Virus record (IMG/VR): IMGVR_UViG_3300037160_000193
Location: 1-53,653 of that record
DNA: 53,653 nt
Reading direction: 5' to 3' (one strand)
DNA from: a virus
Lineage: Duplodnaviria; Caudoviricetes
The position numbers and the translations under genes are program-made. Shown piece after piece: positions 29,575-38,845 of the stretch; the first letter of the stretch is position 1, and every line of letters starts with the position of its first letter. A model generated the notes under the pieces. That model was not told where the DNA came from. It searched no databases and saw only the letters and a program-made list of their open reading frames with translations.

Positions 29575-30128
29575 CAGTAACCGGCGTCCGAGATGGCCTT
29601 CGCCATCTTGCGGCGCAGTGCGTTCGTTTCGCCCGCGAGTATCCGGTGAATCTCCGCTTCCGTTTTCGCGGCGGCTACCAGCGGTGCCACGCGATCCGGA
29701 TATGCAGACAGCGCGTCACCGACGATGGCCGACCAATGCGCCGCATACTCACCGGCCTTGGTAGCCTGGATCAGTTTGCCGGCGCGCTCCTCGTACTCCA
29801 ACTGCGCCGTCTTCGCCTTGAAAGTCTCGCTCACGGCGCGGGCCCGTAGATATGCCGAAACAGGATCGCTCGATACTTCGGGCTGACTGGGAATGCCAGA
29901 ACCGCCACGCGGAGGTGCGGGAGGCGCACTGAGTGGAACCACGGGCGGTCTAGTCGCCTGGTGCAGGGTCTTGCCCGCGAACGTGTTCCGATCCCACTCC
30001 TGGTTCGCCCGCTCCGGGTCGATGGTCCCGTCCGAGTTGGGAGTGATTCGCTTGGCCGTAATGGCCTTCCGGACAGCACCTTCGGTACACCCTCGCGACC
30101 GTGCGTATGCTCGAATCGAGACTCCCAT
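29574..30128 (-). CDS. Terminase small subunit (Nu1-like)
   Basis: N-terminal HTH (SIRAYARSRGCTEGAVRKAI), then coiled coil AQLEYEERAGKLI. Overlaps the terL start. Confidence 0.85.
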   Translation of the reverse strand: MGVSIRAYARSRGCTEGAVRKAITAKRITPNSDGTIDPERANQEWDRNTFAGKTLHQATRPPVVPLSAPPAPPRGGSGIPSQPEVSSDPVSAYLRARAVSETFKAKTAQLEYEERAGKLIQATKAGEYAAHWSAIVGDALSAYPDRVAPLVAAAKTEAEIHRILAGETNALRRKMAKAISDAGY

Positions 30129-30143
30129 TAGCTTGCCAACGCC

Positions 30144-30278
30144 GGTACGCACCACTTGGTGTTTGGATTCATTCGATTACAGTCCTGCGTACCTGACCTG
30201 CGTACCTAGAAAAGCGGCTGTGACTAGAGAGAATGTGCCACCAATCCACCCGCCGCCGAAAGTGGCCAGGGAGGACCC
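30144..30278 (-). other. Putative cos packaging site
   Basis: Minus-strand GGGTCCT (30272-30278) equals the lambda cosQ heptamer and is followed by CGGCGGCGGG. Direct repeats CCTGCGTACCT at 30184-30194 and 30197-30207. Immediately upstream of terS. Confidence 0.55.
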
Positions 30279-30515
30279 CAAATTTGCCCAGCGCCCACGT
30301 CTGACGCGACGTTTGGCCAGCGTTCGCGCCGTGGTACGCCCTGTTGCGTCGCGCGGCGGTGGTCAGTGCGCCAGGGCCACCCACGACGTCGGGCGCGCCC
30401 TGTGGCGAGCATCGAAACTTTCTTCCGAAAAGTTGAACTTCAGCCTTGCCTTCCGGGGCCACCGGAGTGATGAATCGTCATGCGCGGATCAACCGCCGAA
30501 AGGATAACCACCACG

Positions 30516-30944
30516 ATGAAGAACGCAGAAGCTACCAACACCACCGAAACCGCCGCCGTTGCGGAACAGGGCGCGCCCGTCGCGCCGGAGAAGGCCCCTT
30601 CGAAGAAGGCTGCCAGCCAGAAGAAGAGCGCGCCCAAGGCCAAGCAGGGCGCCAAGAAAGCCGGCCCCAAAGCCAAGGCAGCCAAGAAGGAAGCCAAGCC
30701 TGCCGCCAAGAAGGCCGCGAAGACGACGGAAAGCGCCGGGCCGCGCGAGGGCACCAAGACTGCCCAGGTGATCGCCATGCTCCAGCGGAAGGGCGGTGCC
30801 ACGCTTGCGGAGATCATGGAGAAGATGGGCTGGCAAAAACACACCGTTCGCGGCTTCATGGCTGGTGCGATGAAGAAGGCCGGCTACACCGTCGAGTCCT
30901 TCAAAAACGTCACGGACGAGCGCACATATCGGATTGCCAAGTAG
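30516..30944 (+). CDS. DUF3489-domain protein with Lys/Ala-rich histone-like N-terminus
   Basis: REGTKTAQVIAMLQRKGGATLAEIMEKMGWQKHTVRGF is the DUF3489 pattern. AAAGGA RBS before ATG 30516. Confidence 0.9.
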   Translation: MKNAEATNTTETAAVAEQGAPVAPEKAPSKKAASQKKSAPKAKQGAKKAGPKAKAAKKEAKPAAKKAAKTTESAGPREGTKTAQVIAMLQRKGGATLAEIMEKMGWQKHTVRGFMAGAMKKAGYTVESFKNVTDERTYRIAK

Positions 30945-30963
30945 CATCACCCCCTCCTTCCTG

Positions 30964-31002
30964 GCCCGCCCGGCTCCGGCCGCGGCGGGCTTCGCTGCTT
31001 CT
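30964..31002 (+). terminator. Probable intrinsic terminator after DUF3489
   Basis: GCCCGCC...GGCGGGC stem followed by a T-rich tail, between convergent genes. Confidence 0.5.
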
Positions 31003-31240
31003 GGCTTCGATTCCCGCCCGCTGCCCTACGTCACGTCAGGGTTGGCCGACACGCCAACCGGTCGCCGCCGGAGCGAACGTGGGCCAACCGTGGCGCTACA
31101 GGGGCCAACCCTTGGCCTGCTCGAAGCAGCCGCAACTCTCCAGACCAGTCGGCCAGTACCAGGCACAAGCCCCTAATGTCCGGGTGCCCAGCCAGAAGCT
31201 GGGCTTCGATGGCCGCGATCTCCCGGCGGCAGCGAGCGAT

Positions 31241-32227
31241 TCACACCGCCGCCTTCTGGCGTGCCTCGGCGATCTCCTCGAAGGTCCGCCCGTCGCCATC
31301 CAGAGTGGCCTTCCTGCCAGCAAGCGTTTGCCAGCGCTGGATCACTACGTCAACGTATTTGGGATCGAGCTCGATGCCGCAGCAGACCCGTTCGGTGACT
31401 TCGGCGGCGGCCAGAGTCGTACCCGATCCGAGGAAGGGTTCATAAACCAACTCGCCGCGTTTGGTGTGATTCAAGATCGGGCGACGCATCAGATCGACGG
31501 GCTTCTGCGTTGGGTGATCGTACTTCTCCTCATCCGATCCGCCCATGATGAACTTCGGCGACGGCGAGTCCCAGATCGTGGAGTTCTCGCCAGCCTTCCC
31601 GAACCAGGCCGCGTTCTTCTTCCTGACGTACCAGCAGGGCTCGTGCTGATACCAGTAGTGCGTACGTGTGAGGACGGTCCTGCCTTTGTTCCAGATAATC
31701 TGCTGGGGGTATAAGAAACCGATACGGAGCAGGCCGTTCAACACTTCCCGGGTGAAGATAGAGGCGTGCCAGACGTAGGCGATTTGCAGGCTGGGCACCA
31801 GTTCGAAGGCTTCCGACCAGTCGGCCCGCGTGTCCCCTGAGATCGTCGTCTCGGTGTGACCTTCGGTGCGCTTCTTCATGTAGCTGGCCTCGGCAGGCCC
31901 GCATCCATTCAGGCCGGCGCGGTCACGCCACTCGGTGTCGAGCTCGATGCCGTACGGCGGGTCGGTCACCAGGAGCTTTGGTTTGCGTTCTCCCAGCAGC
32001 CGTCCCACGGCTTCCGCGCTGGTGGCATCGGAACACAATACGCGGTGTTGACTCCGAACATCGCCACAGAGCCACAGGTCGTCCGGGCGGCACACCGGGT
32101 TCTCCGGAACCGGCGGCACGGCATTCGCTTGATCGTCGTCGGCGACCAACAAGAGATCGTCGATTTCTTTCGGGTCGAAACCGGTGAGGCTGAGATCAAA
32201 GTCCAACTCGCTGATGCCCAGGGACAT
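31241..32227 (-). CDS. DNA amino-methyltransferase (beta class), probably missing its N-terminal ParB domain
   Basis: VTDPPYG motif IV precedes HPTQKP and EPFLGSGTT motif I. Begins at the DFDLSLTGFD linker that normally follows a ParB domain in phage ParB-MTases. Confidence 0.85.
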   Translation of the reverse strand: MSLGISELDFDLSLTGFDPKEIDDLLLVADDDQANAVPPVPENPVCRPDDLWLCGDVRSQHRVLCSDATSAEAVGRLLGERKPKLLVTDPPYGIELDTEWRDRAGLNGCGPAEASYMKKRTEGHTETTISGDTRADWSEAFELVPSLQIAYVWHASIFTREVLNGLLRIGFLYPQQIIWNKGRTVLTRTHYWYQHEPCWYVRKKNAAWFGKAGENSTIWDSPSPKFIMGGSDEEKYDHPTQKPVDLMRRPILNHTKRGELVYEPFLGSGTTLAAAEVTERVCCGIELDPKYVDVVIQRWQTLAGRKATLDGDGRTFEEIAEARQKAAV

Positions 32228-33756
32228 CAGACGGGCTCGTATCGTAGACCGGTGATGGCTTTGAATACCGAGGTGCTGGTGAGGTCGGTGCCGGGAAGAT
32301 CCGGGCAGATGTTCGCCAGCCTGCCGATGAGACGCGAGGCAGAGAACCGATCGTTCTCCAGTTTGTGAAGGCTGACGGCGGCGGTGTTGTGCTTACCGAT
32401 GAATGCCAGCACGGCGCGCAAGTACGTGGATTTCCCGTTGGCGCCGTCTCCCATCAGAAGGATCGCCTTCTGAATCGAGGTGTCTGGGGTCATGAGCCAA
32501 GCCGGGATCTCCCAGGCTATGGTCTCCGAATCGCTGGGGAAAACTTCACCGATGAACTTGTCCCACATTGGACACCGCGCCGCGGCGTCGAATTTCACCG
32601 GAAGTTGAATAGGCGACAGGAAATCGGCTGAGTGCGGCGAAAGCGTCCGCGTGTTGACGGCCAACAAGCCATTCAGAAGGTTCACCTGATCCCCTGGCGG
32701 TCTCTCCCAAAGCATCGGCGCGTCAACGGTGAGGTACTTCACCACCTCCTCTGACTTGTGGCTCGTCCACTTCGATGCCAGCTTCATACGTACCAGTAGC
32801 CTCTTGACCTGCTGAGCGACAAATGATGCTCCGTCGGGATGGTAGCAGCCGTTTCGGTAGGCATACAGCCTTCCGCCGGCATCGCGAGCGAAGCAGTGTC
32901 TGGCCGTGATCGCCTCGGCAATCAGGTGAACGCTGATGCTGTCATCGGCATCTTCCTTTTCGAAGTCGATGCCCTCCAGCAACTCCAAGACTTTCTCCGG
33001 GCCCACGTTGGCCAGCAAATCGTCGATTCCCTTGCCCTGCGCGACGTCCCACGTAACCGACGCAACTTCTGCACCGCGCATTCGCAACTCGCGAGCCAAG
33101 AGGTTTCTGGCTATGCCTACCTGGTCGTTTGTGTCCGCATCAGCGTCAAAGGCGATGATGACGCGGCGGCCTTCGAAAACAACGACGTCGAGGTCCGGGA
33201 TTACGCCCTTGACGTCGCGCCGGCCGCCGTTTGGTCCTGTGGTCTTGCCAACCGTGCCACGCCAGTTCCAAACGCCCGGCAATCCGAGTGGCAAGAACCG
33301 AGGAGATAGCACACCGTGGTTGGCGAGGCGCCAGAGCGCCAGCGTTTTGAACTCGCCCTCAGTTATGATCACCGGTGTGGCCACGTTCTTCAGCAGTTCC
33401 GGTGAAAGGCCCGGAGCGAAATAAATCATGTTGCTTCGGCCAGGCGGCGACAAGTACTTCCCGCGCTCCCTCGGTTTGCCGTCCTTGTACTCTATGTCGG
33501 GGTGATCGCGACGAAGGCGCCATTCGCGAACGCGGGACTCACCGGGCAGGAAGTATGGGATCGCAAGGCCCTCGTAAGGAGCGTGATCGCGGCGGCCCAT
33601 TAAAGACCGTCCGGTGTTGGAATCGACGCGCCGAATTCGGGCGGCTTCGGCGAGTTGCTTGTCAATCCATCGCCGCTCCAGGCTCGCGCAATCCGCATCG
33701 GTGAGCGCGTTGCCGGTTCCCTCATTCACGGGCAGTCCGTTCGCTGTCGCATGCAT
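32227..33756 (-). pseudogene. DUF3854/TOPRIM primase - D5/P4-type SF3 helicase, C-terminally truncated
   Basis: TOPRIM motifs IITEGEFK, IAFDAD, KGIDD. Walker A GDGANGKST. Ends six residues after FKAITG and lacks the rest of the SF3 domain. Confidence 0.75.
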
Positions 33757-33758
33757 AC

Positions 33759-34259
33759 TCACGCTCCCACCGGCGATAAGCCAGCCTCTGTGAACGCCGT
33801 CCGGAGCCGTCCGATGGCTCGATAAACGGTCGCGCGGGAAACACCGAGGCACTGGGTCGTCTCTATGGCCGAGTGTCCGATCAAGCACAGCGCCACCCTC
33901 CGCTCGAACAGGGATACGTCGGCGAGCACGCTTCTGACGTCCGCGCGAAGCTCCAGCTCAAGAAACCCGCCCTCACCGGCGACGTCCTGGTCTTCCAGGT
34001 GTTCGAACTCCGGACCGCGTGGGTGCGAGCGGAGTAGGGACGTGAGGTGGGTGCGGACAACCAGTTCGATGAAAGTGCGAAGCCCTGCCCTGGCCGAATC
34101 ATATCTGGCGAGAGCCTGCCAGACACCGGCAAGGGCCTCCTGTTCCAGGTCCTCGCGATCAGCCACCATGACCGCACCGCTCGCTACCGCGGCGGCCGAT
34201 CGAACCTGGGCAGCGCGAAGTGCCAGCGGCAAGGCCTGCCGGAACATTGTGTCAGGCAT
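33759..34259 (-). CDS. Sigma70/ECF-like sigma factor or sigma-related regulator
   Basis: DREDLEQEAL..VWQALARYD (region 2-like) and a C-terminal HTH, ETTQCLGVSRATVYRAIGRLR. Confidence 0.75.
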   Translation of the reverse strand: MPDTMFRQALPLALRAAQVRSAAAVASGAVMVADREDLEQEALAGVWQALARYDSARAGLRTFIELVVRTHLTSLLRSHPRGPEFEHLEDQDVAGEGGFLELELRADVRSVLADVSLFERRVALCLIGHSAIETTQCLGVSRATVYRAIGRLRTAFTEAGLSPVGA

Positions 34260-34605
34260 GACCCTGCGCTCCGGTACTCGTGTCCCTGTGTTCGATTTCC
34301 AGGGAAAAACAAAGGCCGTTTTTGCATTCTATAGCCAGGATCGTGCCCTCGCCCAAATCGGCAATTGCTTGGAGCATTTCGATCGTCTGGTGTTTGAGAA
34401 GGAAATCCTGTAGCGCTGACTCCGGGCGGGGGCCGTTTTCGCCCCCCATCTTCAGCTTCTGGATAATGCGAGGGGCGGGATCAAAGACTGGTTCGCCGTT
34501 TCGGACGTGTAACTCCTCGACGCGGCCATAGTTGAGTCTTTGGAGTATTTCGACGAGCCGGGATTGCGACTTCGACAGAACAGACTTGGGAATTGGATGG
34601 TTCAC
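34252..34605 (-). CDS. Hypothetical phage protein
   Basis: GAGGAG RBS, GTG start, overlap with the sigma-like gene, protein-like composition. Confidence 0.75.
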   Translation of the reverse strand: MNHPIPKSVLSKSQSRLVEILQRLNYGRVEELHVRNGEPVFDPAPRIIQKLKMGGENGPRPESALQDFLLKHQTIEMLQAIADLGEGTILAIECKNGLCFSLEIEHRDTSTGAQGHA

Positions 34606-34635
34606 GCAGGCACTCCTCTTCTGAAAATCAAGGAA

Positions 34636-34766
34636 TTGCCCAACGCACTGAAGGGTGGGAACTGCTACGACTTGCCGTTCCCTGCGCTTTCAATCGTGCG
34701 CTGGGGCAACGCCTTCACAAAAGAGGCGTTACTTCTGGTGTGACACCTGTCACACGGCGTGTGACA
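34636..34766 (-). promoter_or_regulatory. Operator-like palindromes plus a structured leader upstream of the sigma/primase operon
   Basis: GTGTGACA-CC-TGTCACAC-GGC-GTGTGACA (34738-34766). Hairpin AACGCCT..AGGCGTT (34708-34730). Long nested inverted repeat at 34636-34709. Confidence 0.55.
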
Positions 34767-34781
34767 CCAAGGCTGCTGAAA

Positions 34782-35987
34782 CTAGAACTGCCAGTCCGGA
34801 ACTTCGGCCGGTGCGTAGACCAATGAATTGCCTGTCTGGATCGATTCCTTGAGGTGGTGGCCAAGGGCAGGATGATGTTCGGAGATGTAATCCCTCGCGC
34901 GATTGACTGCAGTGGTTACAGCCGTTCTTGAGCGCTCGGCACTGCCTCCCGCTTCACGCGGCTGGCCAAGGCGGTCTTGGACACCACCGAGGTACTTCTT
35001 GAACTTATCAATCTCCTCCTGCAAAGATCCCCTTCTCGCCCAATCATTCGCGGCGAGGTGCGCCAGTTCGGATTCTCTCTCCTGAAGCATCGCCTTCGCT
35101 TGTCCAATGCTCTCCGGATCAGCCAAGGGGATTCCCCGATCCACCAGTTGCATCTCGACAGCCGGCGCCCCCGTCAATCTCATAGCCTCGATTGGCGTGT
35201 GTGGTCGGCGCAACAGCTCTACTATATAGCTCATCCCACTTCGGTCCGGTAAGTGAACAGTCTGGCCAGCTAACGAAAGTTCCCAGACCAATTCGTTCTC
35301 CTTGCGGAAGATGCTGGCACCCCCGGCGGCCGGAATCGAGGCGGAAGTGGCTGCCCAGTCGACCGCAAGACTACCCGTGCCTGCGGCTTCCCAGAGACTG
35401 AAGGCATGCACGTTGGAGTCGCGAAGAATCCGGCGCGCTTCAGACGAGAATGCAATACCTTGCGGCAATAACAGAGATGTCTCCTGCTGGGCGCCAAGGA
35501 CGTGCAATCGGGCACAACGCGCAAGGACAGCTTGTTCGCTTCCGTTGGGCAGTGAAAGGTACACCCAGCTCGGGTTGTGTGCTTCCACAGTCTTGGTACC
35601 CAATGGGATGAGACCTCTGTTGTTGTCGAACCCCGAACCCTCGATGCCATTGTCGCTTCGAATTCCGTCCACCAAGTGGGGAAGCGAGATCGGATATTCC
35701 CAAGTATCCTCATCCGTCAACGGAATCGGCTCGTAGTGGAAGTCCTCGCTCTCGGTGACGCCCAACGGTCCGGTCGGACCATCGTGGACATCGACGTCAG
35801 GGCCGGGCCCGAACCGCTTGGGCCTGGGCACACGGTCGGCTTTCAACGGCGACAGCAGCACATCTCTAGCGCGGAGAGCCGCCAGCTCACCGGCTGGGTA
35901 TGCCGCGGCTTCCGAGTGTTGGAGCACGGGTGACTCAATCGTGTCCAGCAGCGTCAGCACTCTCTGAAGCAGGTTTCCCTTCAACAA
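34782..35987 (-). CDS. Hypothetical protein, possible DNA-binding regulator
   Basis: 401-aa ORF. The C-terminus (GMSYIVELLRRP...AERSRTAVT.AV.RA...HHPALGHHL..SIQTG...Y.P) resembles a domain I associate with transcriptional regulators. Confidence 0.65.
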   Translation of the reverse strand: MLKGNLLQRVLTLLDTIESPVLQHSEAAAYPAGELAALRARDVLLSPLKADRVPRPKRFGPGPDVDVHDGPTGPLGVTESEDFHYEPIPLTDEDTWEYPISLPHLVDGIRSDNGIEGSGFDNNRGLIPLGTKTVEAHNPSWVYLSLPNGSEQAVLARCARLHVLGAQQETSLLLPQGIAFSSEARRILRDSNVHAFSLWEAAGTGSLAVDWAATSASIPAAGGASIFRKENELVWELSLAGQTVHLPDRSGMSYIVELLRRPHTPIEAMRLTGAPAVEMQLVDRGIPLADPESIGQAKAMLQERESELAHLAANDWARRGSLQEEIDKFKKYLGGVQDRLGQPREAGGSAERSRTAVTTAVNRARDYISEHHPALGHHLKESIQTGNSLVYAPAEVPDWQF

Positions 35988-37091
35988 GGACCTTCCATGT
36001 CCGCAACGATTCGAACACTTCTTCCGCGTGCGTTGCGCGTTTAAAGGAGATTGTGTTATCGCCCGACAGTGTGACTCGCTTACCCCGCTTGTCGTCGCTG
36101 AACGTAAATTTGAAGACTGCCCTATTAATCTGATCTGCCTGCAGCTTGGCCTTTAGCTCATTATTCCAAGCGTTTCTACGACATTCCGCGATTTCACAAT
36201 GAACGACGGCCCCTGCATCTGGGGCAACTTAAAATCCAGTTCGACTAAGGCCGCGTTACCCAACCCACCGACGCCGAAAGAGGGGCCGGCGATCACCCCC
36301 AAATTGAGGCACTTCGATGCTCCCGGCCATTCGAAGAAACTGGCGTCTCCGAGGCAGCAATCGGCGAATCGCTTTCGGAGAATCTCCTCATCCTTCTCGA
36401 ACTGGGTTTCGATCTCCAGTTGGCCCGTCGTACGGTTGTAACTGATGAAATCCTGCTGCGCTGGCCGCAAGACTGTCGGAGTCACACGCATTTTCTTTCG
36501 AGCGCGTTTGAGCGTTAGCAGGGCCTGCGTCCGCTTCTCGTGGTACACGATGAAGTTCACGTAAACGTCTTCCTCGTACGGAAGAACAAGCACGCTGTCG
36601 CTGTTCTTGCGGCCTTTGAAGTCGGTCGCGAGCCGCTTGAAGAGCCGGTCGGCTGCTGCCTTGATGTCCTCTATCGGCCGTCCCTCTTTGCCCTGGTAGA
36701 TTGAGAACCGTTCTGCCTTCTGAAGGCTGCAATCCGCATAGGCGCGATTGAATGCATCCTCATGTTTCGCAAGGACGCTCAAGCTCAAAAGTTCGACTGC
36801 CAACTTCTCCTTCGGATCTGGAGGCTTTGGCAGCATCGCACAGGCCCGCCGCAGTGCTTCGAGGCCATCGGGTGTGCAGAGGTCGTAAGCGCGGTAGAGC
36901 CCTTCCATAAATGGATCTTTGTCGGGCCACTCCTCGCCAAGAGTCAAGTCCCTGAATCCATCCACATCGAGAGACGAGATGTCTACGGTTAGTCCGTTCT
37001 TCCAGCGCCGGACGTAGCCGCGCAGGATCTCTTCGTGGTCCTCGAATTTGGCCAGGAAGCGGTCGACGTTGAATTTCCGATGCTTAGCCAT
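35935..37091 (-). pseudogene. Hypothetical protein with a frameshift near 36165
   Basis: ORF 36153..37091 stops at ...ETLGIMS. A shifted frame continues NNELKAKLQADQINRAVFKFTF...LRTWKVLVEG to TGA at 35935, overlapping the next gene and filling the gap. Confidence 0.6.
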
Positions 37092-37557
37092 TGCCGCGAG
37101 CCCTCGTTCGTGCTGAAATCAGCGACTGACCTCGCCAGCCACCTTGGCAGGTGGGGCCTTGATAGTCCCGACAGCAAGCAGGACGATGAACTGCGCAATT
37201 TGTGATTCTGGATTCGCTTGAAAGCGCCAAACACCGGCACAACAGTCTGGACGACAGATGCTGCGCCACAAGCGTTGGGCCCTGATGATCCGGCATACGA
37301 AGCCCGCCTCCTCGCAAGAGAAGCTGCCGCGGATTCAGTACGCCCGATCTGGCCCGAGCCTCCCCAATCCACGGGTACCCCGGCCTCTCTTGATTCATGC
37401 TACCAAACTACAGGACCTTGCGGAATTGTTTTGCGCGGGCGGCAATCCGGCTTTGTCGCACCTGAAGAAGCTCTGATTTTGCAGGCCCAACTCCAACGTT
37501 TTATGCGTGGTTCAGCTCGAACAAGAGATGACCGGGCGTAGATAGGCGGAGGAGCCT

Positions 37558-38835
37558 TTACGAACGACGGCTGGTTTTTAGGATCACGACACTCTCTCGT
37601 AAGTGTAGAGAACGGCTGACTTCATCGCCGAGCTTGTTTAGATGCTGTCCAGAACTGCGTAGATGCCTGATGACGCCAACCTCACTCAAGTACCATCCGG
37701 AGCGTTCTGCAATTTCGGCGATGATGAAATCGACCGGAACTTCAACGCCGGCATAGGCAGAGGTTGCAACTACTATCCAGACGGCCGCTCCAGGGAGCGC
37801 CAGGCGCCTCAATCGAAGAAGTATCCGCTCCATATCCTCGAAGTAGGCCTGAATCATGGCGGGTATCCTGTGGTCCCAAAGAATCTCTGAGCGGGAACGC
37901 ACTTCCGTCATGACATTAGTGAATAGTTGGCCGAAAGACGCCCGCTCCGGCGGCTCCCAGTTTGCCTGCACATGAGACCTTATGGTGGATTTTCGAATCG
38001 TCGCCAGTTCCCTGTTCGAGCCAACGAATCTTCCAAGGAAGAGTTCAGGTCGGTATACGTCTGAATAGTCGAATGAATTCAAATATGGTGGTGAAGTCAC
38101 GCTAAGCTTGAATCTCTGCCCATCCGTCGCCAACACCTTCCGAGCATCACCCAAAATAACTTTATGGTCGCCGCTCGGGGTATCCGACAGCCTCACGTCA
38201 GAGCAGACATCTTCAACTCGATGCTCGAACGAATCAAGAAAACTCGGCCTTCCGAACCCTATGCTCTTCCAATCTTTCCGGTATCGAAGGCACTTGCCGT
38301 CCGCCGTCGCATTGCAGTTGTCCATCGCAGCACCAAGGAGGCAGAGTCTCAGAAGATCGCCCGCCGGGCCCGGACAATCAGTCAATGATGTCCACCCCCC
38401 TTCGAAAGAACGAAGCACGGATCGATTGAATAGCCACTTCACCGAATCCTTATTCTCCGAGAATGTAGAGTACGACTCAAGTGAGGACCTCGCGCCGTGC
38501 CGCACGCCACGCGTAGCGGTGGAGAGGTGCTTCCGGAGTGTTGACGAGCGGCATGTAAGAAGCTTGGTCCGAGAAACGAACGCGAGAAATGGATTGACCT
38601 CAACACCGAATGCTGCGCGGCCCTGCAAGCTAGCGCTCAGAGGCACAGTCCCGCTGCCACAAAACGGATCGAGGACCGCGTCGTCCTTGGCGAATGTGAC
38701 AGTCTCCGCTGCTGATTTGAACAGCGTCGGAGAAAACCCCTCTTTGATGACGTACCAGCGGTGTCTCGGCGAGGTCGAGCAGTCATCCGCCGTCGAGCAT
38801 CCGGTCCCGCGTAATTTGAAGGATTCATTTAACAT
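37558..38835 (-). CDS. DNA methyltransferase (alpha order, SPPY; likely N4-cytosine)
   Basis: HRWY..KEGFS, then VLDPFCGSGT (motif I), then VTSPPYLNSFDY (motif IV). Confidence 0.9.
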   Translation of the reverse strand: MLNESFKLRGTGCSTADDCSTSPRHRWYVIKEGFSPTLFKSAAETVTFAKDDAVLDPFCGSGTVPLSASLQGRAAFGVEVNPFLAFVSRTKLLTCRSSTLRKHLSTATRGVRHGARSSLESYSTFSENKDSVKWLFNRSVLRSFEGGWTSLTDCPGPAGDLLRLCLLGAAMDNCNATADGKCLRYRKDWKSIGFGRPSFLDSFEHRVEDVCSDVRLSDTPSGDHKVILGDARKVLATDGQRFKLSVTSPPYLNSFDYSDVYRPELFLGRFVGSNRELATIRKSTIRSHVQANWEPPERASFGQLFTNVMTEVRSRSEILWDHRIPAMIQAYFEDMERILLRLRRLALPGAAVWIVVATSAYAGVEVPVDFIIAEIAERSGWYLSEVGVIRHLRSSGQHLNKLGDEVSRSLHLRESVVILKTSRRS

Positions 38836-38845
38836 TCGTTTAGCA

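Noticed and set aside
557-30128. Gene transfer agent cluster
   Set aside because: The GpA terminase, lambda portal, cos-like site, long tape measure and linked recombinase fit a prophage better, although domestication is not excluded.
13620-31714. Long plus-strand ORFs (13620-15410, 24293-26161, 27586-28866, 30446-31714)
   Set aside because: They overlap well-supported genes in antisense or alternative frames, show no motifs, and are expected in high-GC DNA.
37084-37541. Overlapping short ORFs between the MTase and the 37091 gene
   Set aside because: No recognisable motif, RBS or consistent frame. Treated as intergenic.
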